Part shown: piece by piece, positions 24,841 through 38,009 of the stretch
Position numbering within the stretch: position 1 is the stretch's first letter
Layout: every line of letters starts with the position of its first letter
DNA from: Lama guanicoe
Taxonomy: Eukaryota
DNA: 64,000 bases
Assembly (NCBI GenBank): GCA_013239625.1
Contig: MU054338.1
Coordinates: forward strand, 1,738,001 to 1,802,000
Reading direction: 5' to 3'
Made by a program: the position numbers and the translations under genes
Notes under the pieces: model-generated
Told to the model about the DNA's origin: nothing
The model's input: only the letters and a program-made list of their open reading frames with translations
Databases searched by the model: none

Positions 24841-26529
24841 AATAGCACATCACTAAATGCTCACCGGATGACCCCCTCCCATAGGTGAACTCATAATGTG
24901 CATTATTTATTCATAACTATCTAGAAGACAAGGCCGCTCAGAGCAGAGGCTGCACAGCGTCCAGCTTCTGTTCATTGCTGACAGATTTCTGAAAGCTTCC
25001 TGGACCCCAGGACGTATGTAAGCGCAGATGCCTTCAGAGTCCAACAGAAAAAAAACACTGACAAATTTGACTGTGGTGAATATTTCAAAAATCTCCTCTA
25101 GTAAATGACTCTATGAATGGGCTAGAAAGACAAGTTACAGGCCAGGAAGAAATGTTGGTGACGGATGACACGGGGCAGCTGACAGAGAGCAAACATCGTA
25201 AAATGAAAATGGGGAGGGAGATGGACAGACAGGTCTCAGGAGAACAGACGCAAGAGCTGACTGCCTACAGGAAAAGCTGCCTGAGCTGTGCAGACAGTCC
25301 TGGAAACAGGAGATCCAACCATTGTCACAGCTTAATTGAGGTGTGATGGAAGGACAGTAAACGCTACGCAGTCAAAGTACACAAGCAGGCAAATGTCGAC
25401 GTAGGCTCACACCTGTGAAACCACGCTCACAATCAAGGTACACACATAAACTTCACCCCCTACCCTGCAAAAATAGCTCCTCCTGTTTCTTTCCATCCCC
25501 AGGCAGTCGGGACTCAGCCATGGTGTTCAACTGTAGTTTCCGGGGTTGGCTTTGCTAATGATGCTGCTTCCAGCGTTCCTCTGCTTGCTTTGGGTGGCCA
25601 TCCGCACACCTTGCTATTGGGTGTACATCCGTGGTGGGGACTGTACACCCAGGGGTTCTAGGCTATGCAAATGAGCAGCTTTAGGACTTAACATACGGCT
25701 GGCTTTTCCCCTTTGGGGTGGAAAAGAATGATCACAGCAGACTTGAGAGTTGCCTTTTGAAAAGGCCCTCAGCAGCATCTGGAACTAGTCTTGGGGGCTC
25801 CCTGTCCCTAAACTGTCTCTTCAAACACGTGGTTTATGCCTAGTACCTGCTCTCCAGAAGGGAGTCTAAAGTGTTGGCCGTGCCAGGCAGAGGCGCCTGT
25901 GTGACCGGCCCCATGAGAAACCCCCGCGCTGGGTCTCCGTGAGCCTCCTTGGGGACCATTCCTCACTCATGGTGCTGCGTCTTGTTTTAGGGGAACGAAG
26001 TGCATCCCGTGGGACTCCCCTGGGAGAGGACTCTGGGAGCTTGAGCCTAGTCCCCCAAACCCCACCCCACACCTTTTCCCTCTGCTGATTTTGCTTCACA
26101 TCCATAAACCACGGCCATGAGGACAATCACTGCTGCGTCCTGGGGTTCCTCCGAGCAGAATGGTTTTGGAGATTCACCCCACACACTTGTGTAATGAACA
26201 ACACTTGCTTTTGTCTCTTCCTTTTTCGACATTCTGGTGTGTTTATCTCACATCATGGTTTTAATTCACATTACCCTGTGGCTAATGAAACTGAATACCT
26301 TTTCATGTGCTTATGGGTCAATAATATATCCCATTTTTTAAAAGGTCTTTTTCTATGCCTTTTTTGCCCATTTAAAAAACTGGGTGATTTCTCTTTTTCT
26401 CAATCTGTAGGGGTACTTTATATTTTTATCAAGTATATATTGCAACTGCCATCACCCATGCAATGGCTCACCTGTCCTGTCTCTTTTAACACAGTCTAAT
26501 TTATTGATTTAAAAAGTATGGTTAGGACT

Positions 26530-26995
26530 TGTATTAGTCAGTGTTATCCAAAGAAACAGAACCAGTAGGATGTCTGTCTGTCTGTCTACCTACCTACTTA
26601 TCATCTATACGGCTACAGAGAGAGGGAGAAGGGGAGAGAGGGGAATTTACTTCATGAAATTGGCTCCATCGTGGGGCTGACAGGCCTGGAATCTGGAGGG
26701 CAGGCTGGTGGGCTGGAGGCCCAGAGAAGAGTTGACATCACAGCTCGAGTCCCAAGGCTGTCTGGAGGCAGCATTTCTTCTTCTTTGTGGGGGGACCTCA
26801 GTCTTTTCTCTTAAGACCTTCAACTGATTGGATGTGGCCCACCCACACCATGGCAGGTCATCTGGGTTACTGAAAATTGACTGATTTAAATATTAATCTC
26901 ATCTCAAAATACTTCCCCAGCAACATCTAGAGGGGTGTTTGACCAAATATCTGGGTGCCATGGCCTAGCCAGCTGGACACATAACATGAACTACC
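26530..26995 (-). mobile_element. ERVL (MLT2-like) LTR
   Basis: tgtattagtcag...gaaacagaaccagtagga...ccttcaactgattggatg pattern. Confidence 0.65.
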
Positions 26996-29579
26996 AGAGT
27001 GCTTTTTGTGTTCTTTTTGTTGTTGTTGGTTTCGGGTTTTTTATTTTTATTTTATTTTTTCTTCTTGTGTTCTCTTTAAGAAAATTTTGCCTACCCTAAA
27101 CCATATTTTACCTTTTCTTCTGCCATCTTTCTTTCACCTTTCATAGATTCCATTTGTAAATATTAAAAAACAAAAGCAAAAACCAACAGGCAAAACTAAC
27201 CCATGGTGCTGGGGCAGTGTTCTCTTTTGTGTGTAATGAGTGGAGGAAGCTGGCTGGGGTCTGTTCTTGGTCTGCATGCCAGTGACACGGAGTGGGGGGT
27301 GGGGTACTCCCTTTGTGAAAATTCATTGAGCTGTTTGCTTATAATCTGTGAGCTTTTGTGCACATCTGCTGCACCGAGATAAAAAGTTTAAGCGGCACAG
27401 TAATGAGAGAGAATAAAGAATGGACTCCTGAAGTCTGCAACAGCCTTTGAGGAGCTGGGAACAGCTGTGAGCTGGGCAGGATTTGTGACTTGCACCCTCC
27501 AACTTCTGTGCTGAAGGGATTCACATCTTCTAATCCCGTGTGGCGTCATGCAACCCAGGGTGGTGGCCCCATCACAGCACAGCACCTAGCAGGACGTCCC
27601 TGGTTAGGAGGACTTACAATTCTGAAAGAGGAATCAGCCCCAAACACACAACGCCAGTCTCTAAGACCAGGGCTGTTTCTAGGCTCGAGCCTTGTTCCTT
27701 CTGGTCCTGATGTTGCGGGCGGCCCCCAGCGATGGAGGTGGCACCACAGGGGAGGCCATCGCGCTGGCGCGCCCCCTGGTGGCCCCAGCTTCTCATCTAT
27801 GTGGGCCACATCCAGTCTGTGTTCTGACCTTGAAATAACTGATTTTGCTGGGGTGGGGGTCGACTTGGGGAGAGGTCGGGTGAGTGGGGAAGCCAACGCA
27901 GTTTGGGGTTTTCAGGTTACCTGGGATGGGATGAAATCTTTGCTACGAAGATGCAGGGGCACTCTAGAGCCAGTGAACAAATTATTTTTGCTGGTGGCAA
28001 AATGGTTTGAGGTATTTCTTTGACACATTTACCTGGGGCTTACTGTGTGCTGGTAACGCTGCCGGGCAGGCCGTCTCAGCCTGAGCACCGCCGACTTCTG
28101 AGACCAGGAAGGCCTGCAGGGCCGCGCTGGGCACTGGGCTGTGGGGCCGGCCACCTGGCCTCTCAAGGCTCAACCCGCCCTGGAAGCTCTGTCCGAGTCA
28201 TGATTTCTGCTGCGTCTGCATTTACTCGCCGTTCTTAAAACCTCAGTGCGCCTCTGACAGGAATATTCAGAAATATCCTATTTCTAACTCGTGTGGGATG
28301 GAGCAGTAATTATCCACGACACACTTCTCATCAAGACACATACAGCAGCCGCTGGCTCCTGGGGTGAGATGTTGACAGTTCCTCCTTTATTTTTTCCCTT
28401 TTCTTTTCCTCTTCCCCATGCTGCTACTGGTTCCCAAACGGAAAGTTTCTGGATCTTTCCTGAACACCTAGACTGGGCGTGGGGTAAATCTGGAAGAGGC
28501 TCTGCAGGACTTCCCAGTGCTGGACACACAGGATGCAGAAGGAACAGAGGCTGTCTGAGGAGACCTAAGGGACATGCAGGTGCTCCTGGAAGATGCAGCT
28601 CAAATTACTGTGCTTCTCCAAGTGGGCTTCTCCAAACAGGGGTGTCACAGTCACCTGGGCTGCTTGTTCAAAGCGTACAGCCAGCAAGCTGGCTACGTAA
28701 ATTCAGCAGGACGCACAGAGTGGACCAAGGTCTCAAAGCCTGTGGGGCGGGGGGAGCAGCATTCCTGGTCCCCATCCACTCGGTGCCAGGAGCACCGGTC
28801 AAGTCCTGTCATCCAAAAATATCCCCAGCTGTGGCCCAGAGTCCCTTGCAAGGCAGGATTACCCTGTTGACAATCAGCTCCCTGGGTCGGAATGGGAGGG
28901 ATGCGGGTACCGGTGATAAGGACCGGTGGCTCTACCGGCAGCCTGCGCGGGGAGCGTTTGGCTTTCCCCTCCGCGCTGGGGGCCACCAGTCCCCCTTTGC
29001 TAACCGCAGATAAGGAGGAAACGGGCGTGAGCAGCACCGGAGCACACAGATTTTGCCAGAGGCCTGTTGCAGGAGGCTGCTGGGGTTTCACCCTCTCCCT
29101 TCCAAAGAAGTCTTGCTGGAACTGACTGATGTAGACAGGGACGCACGCGGAGGAGGCGGGCGGGGCTGCGGAGGGGGCCTCACTCAGAACCCGAGAAGGC
29201 GCGCCTCCCACCAGACCTGGGCCCTGGTGACTCACAGCTGCTCTTCCGTTTTGGACCTTTGGATGTGAGTGTCTTTCACGGAGGCTGCGAGGCTGGGTGA
29301 TCGGGCCCCTCTGACTGGCCTGGAGACTTAGCTGAGCTCAAGCCGGTGGCAGGAAGGCTCTAAGGCACCCCAATAACCCCCACCTCCTGACGGGTCACGT
29401 CCTACACAAGCCCCTCCCAGAGGGTGTGGACGAGACCACTTCTAACTAACAGAAGAGGCGCTGACCGCCATTTGCAAGACAGCACCACGTTTCCTAAGAT
29501 ATTCCACCCTGCTGGCCCACTCCCTCGAGATGCTCTCCCCCCGCCAGCTTGGATGAATTCAGTGGCCGCGTGTAAGGCT

Positions 29580-30070
29580 GACTGTTGAGCCCGGGGATGT
29601 CCGTGCCCTAATCTCCAGAACCTGTGAACAGGGTACTTTATATGCCAGCAGGGACTTTGCAGGTGGGACTAAATTAAGGTCCTTGAGATGGGGGTGACCT
29701 CGGATTACCCAGGGCCGGTTGGGCACGGGGTCCAGAGCCACCACAAGGGCTGTTATAAGGAGGCAGAGGGAAACTGGACACACAGAGGGGCCACGGCAGA
29801 GGCAGAGACTGCAGCGACAGACCACAAGCCCAGGCCGCTGCAGCCCCAGGCTGGGAGGGGCAGGAAGGCCTCTTCCCTGGAGCCTCCCTCCCCAGCACAC
29901 AGTCAGCGCAGCACTGGGCCTCAGCCTGCAACGTAGGGACTGAACTTTGCCCACAGCCTGCAGGCAGATGAGGTGGCCCCAGCTGAACCACTGACCCAGA
30001 GAAACCGAGAAGTGACTGAGGTATTGTTTTAAGCCACTGAGTCGGGGATGCTCTGTTTTCCAGTAACAGA
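29580..30070 (+). mobile_element. MaLR (MLT1-like) LTR, GC-shifted
   Basis: agggactttgcaggtgggactaaattaagg...tgttttaagccactgag. Confidence 0.6.
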
Positions 30071-31607
30071 CAACGGGTTCCAAAACTTCAGTAGGGTTTG
30101 ACCCGACGCAGGCGGGTGCATCAGACAGCGAATGGGCCTCCTGGAGTCAGAGAGGTAATGCGCTCCCCACCCGGGCCTGTGGACTCCAAATACAATCTCT
30201 CCTCTGAAGACGGCCGGCGCACAGCAGGTGCTTGATAAATGTGACTCCTGTGACAGAGACGTGGCTCGTTAATGTCCCCACCAGTAGCAATGTTACCTTT
30301 AAAACACTTTTTATGAGTAGTTGAGTAGTTTCTTAAAGCCCCATGAATGAGTAAAATGTTTAATCAAGGTTAAGGACCAGTTCCTAAGTTATATGGCCAT
30401 AAAACAGGAATGAAGTTTGGATAAAGTGACACACATGGACAGACCGAGAGCACGACACTCAGTGAGAGAAGCACACACAGAAGGACACACAGTGTGTGAG
30501 TCCGTGGATGTGAAACGTCCAGAACGGGCCAGTCCCCAGACACAGGGAGGGGGCTCCTGGCTGTCAAGGGCGGGGGAGGGGGTGGAGGTCACTAAAAATG
30601 GGGACGGCTTCTCTTTGGGTAGATAGAATGTTCTAAGATTAAAGAGCGGTGATGGTAGTACAACATAGTGAATGTGCTAAAACCCACAGAAGTAGATATT
30701 TTTAAATGGCAAATTTTATGTTACTGAATTATATCTTGATTTTTTTAAATGAACCATTTTGCTAAGCAGGTAGCTGGAGCTATGTAAATGCTAGGTCACA
30801 GCATTAACTCAGTGGCTCTCAAGAATTCTGTGCATAGAAGTCATCAAGATTCTGGGGAAACACCTGGGGAGTCCAAGGCCAGTGGGGCTGCCTCCCGGAC
30901 GCCCTCCAGCAGGGCCTGCCTCCCACACACCCGCCGGCAGGGTCGCCTCCCACTCGCCCTCCGGCGGGGCCCACACCAGGCAGCTGGGGTGGCGAGGGGG
31001 CTGAGGACCAAGGCAGCTCTCACCCCCCACCCCCCAGCAGCACCAGGGATGGACCCTTCCTCCTCCCTGAACTTCCCTCTGTCCCTACTGGCCCCCATCC
31101 AAGAAGCAAAGAACAAGTCAAAGTAACCTCTGTAGGGCGGCAGCTCAAGGTCACCGGAGGCTGGAAGGACCACCATCAGTCCCCTGGAAGCCCCAGCCGG
31201 AGCAGGGGGCATTTCTAGCTTTCTGCTCAAAGGACCTAAAGTGCTTCCACAGCCCAATGGCCAGCTGGGAGCCGGGTGCAGCCCCGGCACCCCTCTGCCT
31301 ACCCCATGCGTTCCAGAAGCTGGACAAGGCAGGGAGCATCTCCTCCGGAGCCTCTGGAGGGACTCCGCCCCGGGAGACCTGAGTCTGATTTCTGGCCTCC
31401 AGAACAGACATGACGCATGTGGTTAAAAGCCACTGAATTTGTGGGGACGTTTCAGTGGCAACAGGAATTCACACAGGACCCGGCTCAGCGGTTCCAGGGT
31501 GACCCACTCAGGGTCCAGGCCGGGGGTCCTGGACGCTCAGGGAAGGCAGGGAGGGTGGGGACGGTTGGAGAGGTCAGCACAGAGATGAGCAGAGGTCACG
31601 ATGTCTA

Positions 31608-31613
31608 TTTATT
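31608..31613 (-). terminator. SGTA: Probable SGTA polyadenylation signal (AATAAA)
   Basis: tttatt on + strand at the end of the GC-rich 3' UTR exon. Confidence 0.75.
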
Positions 31614-32885
31614 CCCCACACATTATGCTCGTCACCACGGCTAGCACTCAGGAGTTGGGACACATCACTAGACAAGCGCCTGACTGCGGGTGGCCCACCT
31701 CCCTACCGGTTCCTACAACACACACGGCACTGTGACTACCTCGCCAACCGCTGACACCCCCAGAAGCCGCCAAGGATCCAGGCGGCTCCTCCCCACCCGG
31801 CCAGGGCCACTGGGACACCCACGCAGCCGCCGGCCCCGGGTCGCCCTCCTGAGAAGCAACTCTGGTGGCCGCCTCGCAACCTCAGGCCAAGACAGGCGGC
31901 ACAGAGGCCCCACGACCCCACCCTGACCAGGCGGAGAGCCCGCTGGGCAGGCGGACACCTGTGGGCAGAGGGCAGTGGCTGGGACATGGACAGGTGGGGG
32001 CAGGCTCGGGCGCTGGGCCAAGGTCATGAGGACACCACATGGTCCTGGGCCCTGGGCCCTGGGAAAGAGGATGGAGATCAGACAAGCGGCCGTCAAAATG
32101 CTTGATTGCAAGACAAGTCCCAGAAATGGGTCCTGCGCACCCAAGACGTGGGCTCCCACCGGGCGCGGGGCGATGGAACCATCTTCTGGGAACCCACGAC
32201 TGGAGTCCCTCCTGCGAGAGCCAGGCCCAGGGCCGGGCGAGGCTGGCAGTGAGCTTGTCCGAGCAGAGGCAGCGGGGGCAGCCAAGGTCCACTCAGAAAG
32301 CAGCTTCCTGTGGGCTGGGAGGCCCTGAGATTGGACCGAGGGGGCGGGGGCTGCAGAAGGGGCTTCAAGGACACGGCATCCCCCGCGCACCGCTGCTCGG
32401 AGGGCCCGCCCCCCCACCCGGGAACAGTCTAGAAAACAGTGACTGGGTTTTGGGGGGGGCGCTGGGAGGGAGATGGGTGCTGGTCTCTGCACTCACAGCT
32501 TGCTGGCTCTGTTTCGAGAAGGGTCTGGGGGCCGTGAGAGAGTACAAAAAGGGAGGGAAGGGTGGTGGCAAACAAAAAAAAATCCGTCTTAACATGCAGG
32601 TCGAATTTCTTTCTCTCTTGGGCAGTCCAACGGGAGAAGACGGCTTCCAGGCGGCGGCAGACACGGTGGAAGGACCCGATGTGCAGGGATGGCTGGAGGG
32701 GGAACACGGGGATGGCGGTCAGGAGGTGGAGGAGGCCGTGTGGACGGGGACACAGCCACCGTCACAGGTACTTCTGGAGGCCAGGTGCGGGAGTGTTGAG
32801 GAGGGTTCTCTGGGGACGTGGTTACGGCTGATGCACACAAAACTGACCTCAGGTGCCTGCTGGTTTGTTTTTTCAAAAGAGCATT

Positions 32886-33035
32886 GAGGGAGGAGGGTAT
32901 AACTCAGCGGCAGAGCTCGCGCTTAGCACGCACGAGGTCCTGGGTCCCATCCCCAGTGCGCCCGTTAATAAACTAACAGACGAACCTGATGACTTCCACT
33001 CAAAAAAAGTCAAAAATAAATGAATAAATAAAAAA
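32886..33035 (+). mobile_element. tRNA-derived SINE (in duplication copy 1)
   Basis: Diverged head, A tail, degenerate TSD aaaa(g/a)agcatt. Confidence 0.85.
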
Positions 33036-34093
33036 GCATTAAGAAGACGAAGGAAAAGTACACAAAACATTAACATGTGTTGCTGTGAGTACAAAGATTA
33101 AAGTTGGTTTTGGCTGCTCTTTAATGTTTTTGCCCTTTAAAAATTTTTTAATAAAAACCATGGTTAGACGTGTGAGGACAGATGACAACAGATTAAGAGG
33201 CTCCGTCAAAGCAGCGACAGCACTGCGTGGACAGGAGCGCCGCCTGCACCCGCGACGGAGGTCACGGCCCCGGCCACTAACCAAGCCAGCCAAAGCCACT
33301 GGGGACTCTTCTGGGACACCCGGGTGTATTTTTAAGCAACCGTGTAACATCTGCTCATAGCAAAAACACCCCCAACCAACCAAGCAACCAAGCAAACAGA
33401 CGATCACAAAGCCCAGGCAGGACACCCAGCATCAGCGGGAGGCGGGCGCCTCCTGCTCGAGCCAGGGGAGCAACCTGCCTCTCTGCGCGAGCCTACCACT
33501 CAGAAAGCAGCTTCCTGTGGGCTGGGAGGCCCCTGAGATTGGACCGAGGGGGCGGGGGCTGCAGAAGGGGCTTCAAGGACACGGCATCCCCCGCGCACCG
33601 CTGCTCGGAGGGCCCGCCCCCCCACCCGGGAACAGTCTAGAAAACAGTGACTGGGTTTTGGGGGGGGCGCTGGGAGGGAGATGGGTGCTGGTCTCTGCAC
33701 TCACAGCTTGCTGGCTCTGTTTCGAGAAGGGTCTGGGGGCCGTGAGAGAGTACAAAAAGGGAGGGAAGGGTGGTGGCAAACAAAAAAAAATCCGTCTTAA
33801 CATGCAGGTCGAATTTCTTTCTCTCTTGGGCAGTCCAACGGGAGAAGACGGCTTCCAGGCGGCGGCAGACACGGTGGAAGGACCCGATGTGCAGGGATGG
33901 CTGGAGGGGGAACACGGGGATGGCGGTCAGGAGGTGGAGGAGGCCGTGTGGACGGGGACACAGCCACCGTCACAGGTGCTTCTGGAGGCCAGGTGCGGGA
34001 GTGTTGAGGAGGGTTCTCTGGGGACGTGGTTACGGCTGATGCACACAAAACTGACCTCAGGTGCCTGCTGGTTTGTTTTTTCAAAAGAGCATT

Positions 34094-34243
34094 GAGGGAG
34101 GAGGGTATAACTCAGCGGCAGAGCTCGCGCTTAGCACGCACGAGGTCCTGGGTCCCATCCCCAGTGCGCCCGTTAATAAACTAACAGACGAACCTGATGA
34201 CTTCCACTCAAAAAAAGTCAAAAATAAATGAATAAATAAAAAA
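34094..34243 (+). mobile_element. tRNA-derived SINE (in duplication copy 2)
   Basis: Appears identical to the copy at 32886. Confidence 0.85.
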
Positions 34244-34853
34244 GCATTAAGAAGACGAAGGAAAAGTACACAAAACATTAACATGTGTTGCTGTGAGTAC
34301 AAAGATTAAAGTTGGTTTTGGCTGCTCTTTAATGTTTTTGCCCTTTAAAAATTTTTTAATAAAAACCATGGTTAGACGTGTGAGGACAGATGACAACAGA
34401 TTAAGAGGCTCCGTCAAAGCAGCGACAGCACTGCGTGGACAGGAGCGCCGCCTGCACCCGCGACGGAGGTCACGGCCCCGGCCACTAACCAAGCCAGCCA
34501 AAGCCACTGGGGACTCTTCTGGGACACCCGGGTGTATTTTTAAGCAACCGTGTAACATCTGCTCATAGCAAAAACACCCCCAACCAACCAAGCAACCAAG
34601 CAAACAGACGATCACAAAGCCCAGGCAGGACACCCAGCATCAGCGGGAGGCGGGCGCCTCCTGCTCGAGCCAGGGGAGCAACCTGCCTCTCTGCGCGAGC
34701 CTCCCTGCGCCCGCCCGATGGGGGCTGTGGGGTCCCACCCTCCTCTGTGTGACCCGCCTGAGTGGGAAGAGGGAGGGGGAATCAGGCAGGGACTCTTGGG
34801 AAGGAGACGCTGGCCGCGGACGCCCCCTCCAGCCCCGGGACTCACGTGGGCGG

Positions 34854-34968
34854 TCACTCCTGCTGGTCATCATTGCTGGCACTGGGGGTCCGACTCCGGA
34901 TCTGACTTCGGAGCTGCTCTATCAACTCTGGATTCTGCTGCTGCATCTGCTGAGCAAACTGCTGGCCC
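34854..34968 (-). CDS. SGTA: SGTA last coding exon ([37 protein letters not shown])
   Basis: Q-rich C-terminus; acceptor CCCCCACAG|; TGA then donor GTGAGT at 34845. Confidence 0.95.
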
Positions 34969-35132
34969 CTGTGGGGGTAGGGGGGGGCTCAGCCTGGGCC
35001 AGGGCACCCCCACCCCAGCCGCCTCCTCCACGTGTGCTTGAGGATGTCCGGGGACCACGCGGAGCCGGTCCCTCTTCCCTTGGGGGCTGAGCTCCACCCC
35101 ACCCATGAGCCCCACTTGGCAAGTGGACTCAC

Positions 35133-35222
35133 GCCTGGATGAGACTGGCCAGGTCATTCTGCGAGGGGCTGGTGCCGGGAGTCCCCAGAGGGTTGTGGCC
35201 GCCCGAAATCATGCCGGACATG
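35133..35222 (-). CDS. SGTA: SGTA exon 10 ([30 protein letters not shown])
   Basis: AG/GT boundaries, 90 nt, frame-consistent. Confidence 0.93.
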
Positions 35223-35726
35223 CTGTAGAGAGAGACTTGGACCCTCGAATGGCACAACCCCCTCCCCCTGGCCCCCCAGCCCCGCCCTGGGCCCAGCCAG
35301 CTCTCTACTGCGGCCTGTCAGTTTCACCAGCTTTCCCAGGAACGTCCTTTTTGGATTAAGGACAGGGATTCTCAACGGCACAACTTTGTCCCCCAGAGAC
35401 AATGGCCGATGCCGTGACACAAACGGCCACACATATGGATCCACTTATCTAAAACGTCTAGCACAGATAAACCAGCAGAGACAGAGGGGGTCTGTGGTTG
35501 TCAGAAGCTGGGGGGCCTGGGGGGTGACTGTTGATGGGAATGGGGCTTCTTTCTGGGGTGATAGATGTTCTGGAACTAGACGGTGACAACAGCTACGTGA
35601 CACTGTAAACATACTTGACATCACGTAACTATAAACGTTAAAATGGCTAAAATGATGAATTGTAGGGATCTTTCACCATAAAAGCAGCTTAACCACAAAC
35701 ACCGGAGGAGAACGGCTGGCACTTAC

Positions 35727-35764
35727 AGCTGCTGAACTTGGGGGCTGTTCATGAGGTTTGATGC
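35727..35764 (-). CDS. SGTA: SGTA exon 9 (ASNLMNSPQVQQL)
   Basis: TTCTTCAG|...|GTAAGT, 38 nt. Confidence 0.93.
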
Positions 35765-36563
35765 CTGAAGAAAGAACAGATCTGTCACAAAGAGCAAAAG
35801 CTCCCAGAGCATTGTGTCGGCACCGCCCTCCTCCGTGCACTGGGACCCCCCGCTTTCCCACCCCGATCTGCTGTAAGAGACTCCAGGCACCGCGTCAGCC
35901 TTCCCAGACCCGGGACACTCCTGGAGAGTCAGCGTCCAGGTTCGCTCTGTGGATAAACACCACCACCATGGACGCCTTCCTGCACCAACTCCCATTGGGA
36001 TCATCTCCTTGGGGCCCAGGTCAACGTGTGGCTAGGAAGGAAGCCAGGGGGGCGCCCCCAGGCCACAGCTCTGTCCATAATGGGCCAGAGAGCGCCCCTG
36101 GCCAGCCTCGGCCCCATCCACCTGCCCTGAGAGCGCCTGGGCATGGCTGGTGCTGGGGGTCGGGTCCTCTCTCCTGGACCGTCTGAGACCCAGTGCTCTG
36201 AGAGCCCACAGTGCAGCCTGAGGTCCCACAAGACCACCCAGGGATGGACGGCCTGTGCGGCGCAAGCTGGGTGTCTGCTCTCCGAGGACATCTTTAAGTC
36301 TCTGGCCCCAGGAGGCAGTCCTTCCTCTGCGGGGCACCGTGCCCTGCGCTGTCCCGTCTAAACCCCTGGAAGCAGGCGCATCTATACCACAAGGGGGCCA
36401 AGCTGGGGATGGAGTGGGGACGGAGATTTCCCAGGTTACTTTATCTGGCTGGGAGAGGTAGGTTCAGCTTGTCCTCTGAGCTGGGCACTGAGGGTCCAAC
36501 TGGGGGCCACCTGACAGCACATGTCTGTGGTTATCTGACTGCAAATGGGGCGGGGGGGGTTAC

Positions 36564-36626
36564 CATGCTCATGAAGCTCGGGTTGTTGAGCAGGCCTGCG
36601 ATGTCAAAGCCGCCGACACCTCCTGT
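36564..36626 (-). CDS. SGTA: SGTA exon 8 (TGGVGGFDIAGLLNNPSFMSM)
   Basis: NNP motif; CAG|...|GTAACC, 63 nt. Confidence 0.93.
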
Positions 36627-37223
36627 CTGTGGGTGAGAGAAGCCCCGGTGAGTGGGCTCTGGCTCCCAGGAACGGAGCGCTGAGGTCCCCTGTGGGGCAG
36701 ACTGGGAACCCGGGCAGTCTGGACGGTGCTCCAGAGAAAACATGCGGCGCGGGCCACCCAGGGGAGCCCGACTTCCCCATTCCGACGCGCACCTGGGGTG
36801 GGGACGGCCCCTCCCGGGGCCAGGGTGGTGGTGGGGCAACCTCTGGGGACTGTCAGAGCCCGCTCAGGGTGACCTCTCACGTGCAGACTGCCCTGCAGAG
36901 CCCCTTCCCCTTGCCCAGGGGCCCCCACACCCGGCCCAGCCCTGCCCCGGTCAGCTGGCAGCCCCTGTGCCCCCACCTGGCCACCCCTCCCCTGGGAAGC
37001 ACAGCACAGGCCCCTCCCTCTGCCTCCTGGCTGAGCCCGGGGCTTCCCTGTGTGACGTGTGCCCCCACCCGTTTCTTCATCTTTCACGACAGGACAGGGT
37101 TAAATGGATGCCAGGCCCCCAAGGCCGGAGACGTTCTTCACACAGTTAAGCCTGGCCTTCCACTCACGGCCGCAGGAAGCCAGCCTGGCCGCCCGCCCAC
37201 AGCCCGGCCCCTGGGGGACTCAC

Positions 37224-37362
37224 AGGACTGGGCGCCTCTCTCAGCCTCAGCTCCGCGACCTTGAGGTTGGACTTGTAGGTCTCGTTGTCAGGGTCCAGCT
37301 CCAGGGCCTTGCGGTAGTAGGCCACGGCCTCCGTGTGCTTGTTCAGACTGGACAGCGCCAGG
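37224..37362 (-). CDS. SGTA: SGTA exon 7 (TPR3: [33 protein letters not shown]...)
   Basis: TPR consensus; CAG|...|GTGAGT, 139 nt. Confidence 0.95.
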
Positions 37363-38009
37363 CTGTGGGGAGACGGTGGACGTGGAGGGGGCCCCAGCAG
37401 GCCGCCTGCCCTCCCTCCCCCCAGACTGCTGGGGGTCACTATCCTCATCCAGTCTGGGCCAGGAGGTGGCGGGCGGGTGGTCACAACTCCTCCCCAGCTC
37501 CTGGCAGAGCTGAACCGCAGGCCTGCCCTCTGACCACACCTGAGTTTATCCTCTGAGAAGCCTCAGAAAGGGCTGCTCGGATCAAGGGGTGGGAACTCAC
37601 CCCAGATCCCCCAGGAGGGAGGGGGCACTGGAGACGTCATAAACCTCCCAACAGTGAGACTGGAGACCGTCCCCACCGGCGACGGTGTCTGTGTGCCAGG
37701 TGGGGGTGCACCCCCAACCCCACAGGGCAGGCCCTCCCCAACCTTGCCCTCTGCCTCATCTGCTCTCTGCGTCCTTCACAATGAGCCGCTAAACGTTCCA
37801 TGAGCCTACCAGTGGATCGCTGAGCCCAAGGAAGGGGTCATGGGACCCTGATTTATAGCTGGTCCCTCAGCTCAGGGAACAGCCCGGACTTGTCACTGCT
37901 GTGTGAGGCGGGGCAGAGTCCTTACCCTGTGGGGTCTGCACGACTCCAGGCAGAGAGTGTCAGAACTGGACTGCCCTGGGGACGTGAGGGGCAGGGCGGC
38001 GGCACTCAC

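Larger units (their letters stand above)
31590..33981 (-). other. SGTA: SGTA terminal non-coding (3' UTR) exon; acceptor present twice (33981 and 32773) because of the duplication
   Basis: Acceptor CCTGGCCTCCAG|AAG; the last coding exon has a donor 8 nt after the stop, so a separate UTR exon is required. Confidence 0.65.
32289..34702. repeat. Tandem duplication of about 1.2 kb (32289-33494 and 33496-34702)
   Basis: Near-identical copies with a 1208-nt period; ORFs in the supplied track recur at a 1208 offset. Confidence 0.97.

Noticed and set aside
32039..34095. Paired 282-aa and 192-aa ORFs resembling a gene family
   Set aside because: Produced by the tandem duplication of SGTA UTR and intron sequence
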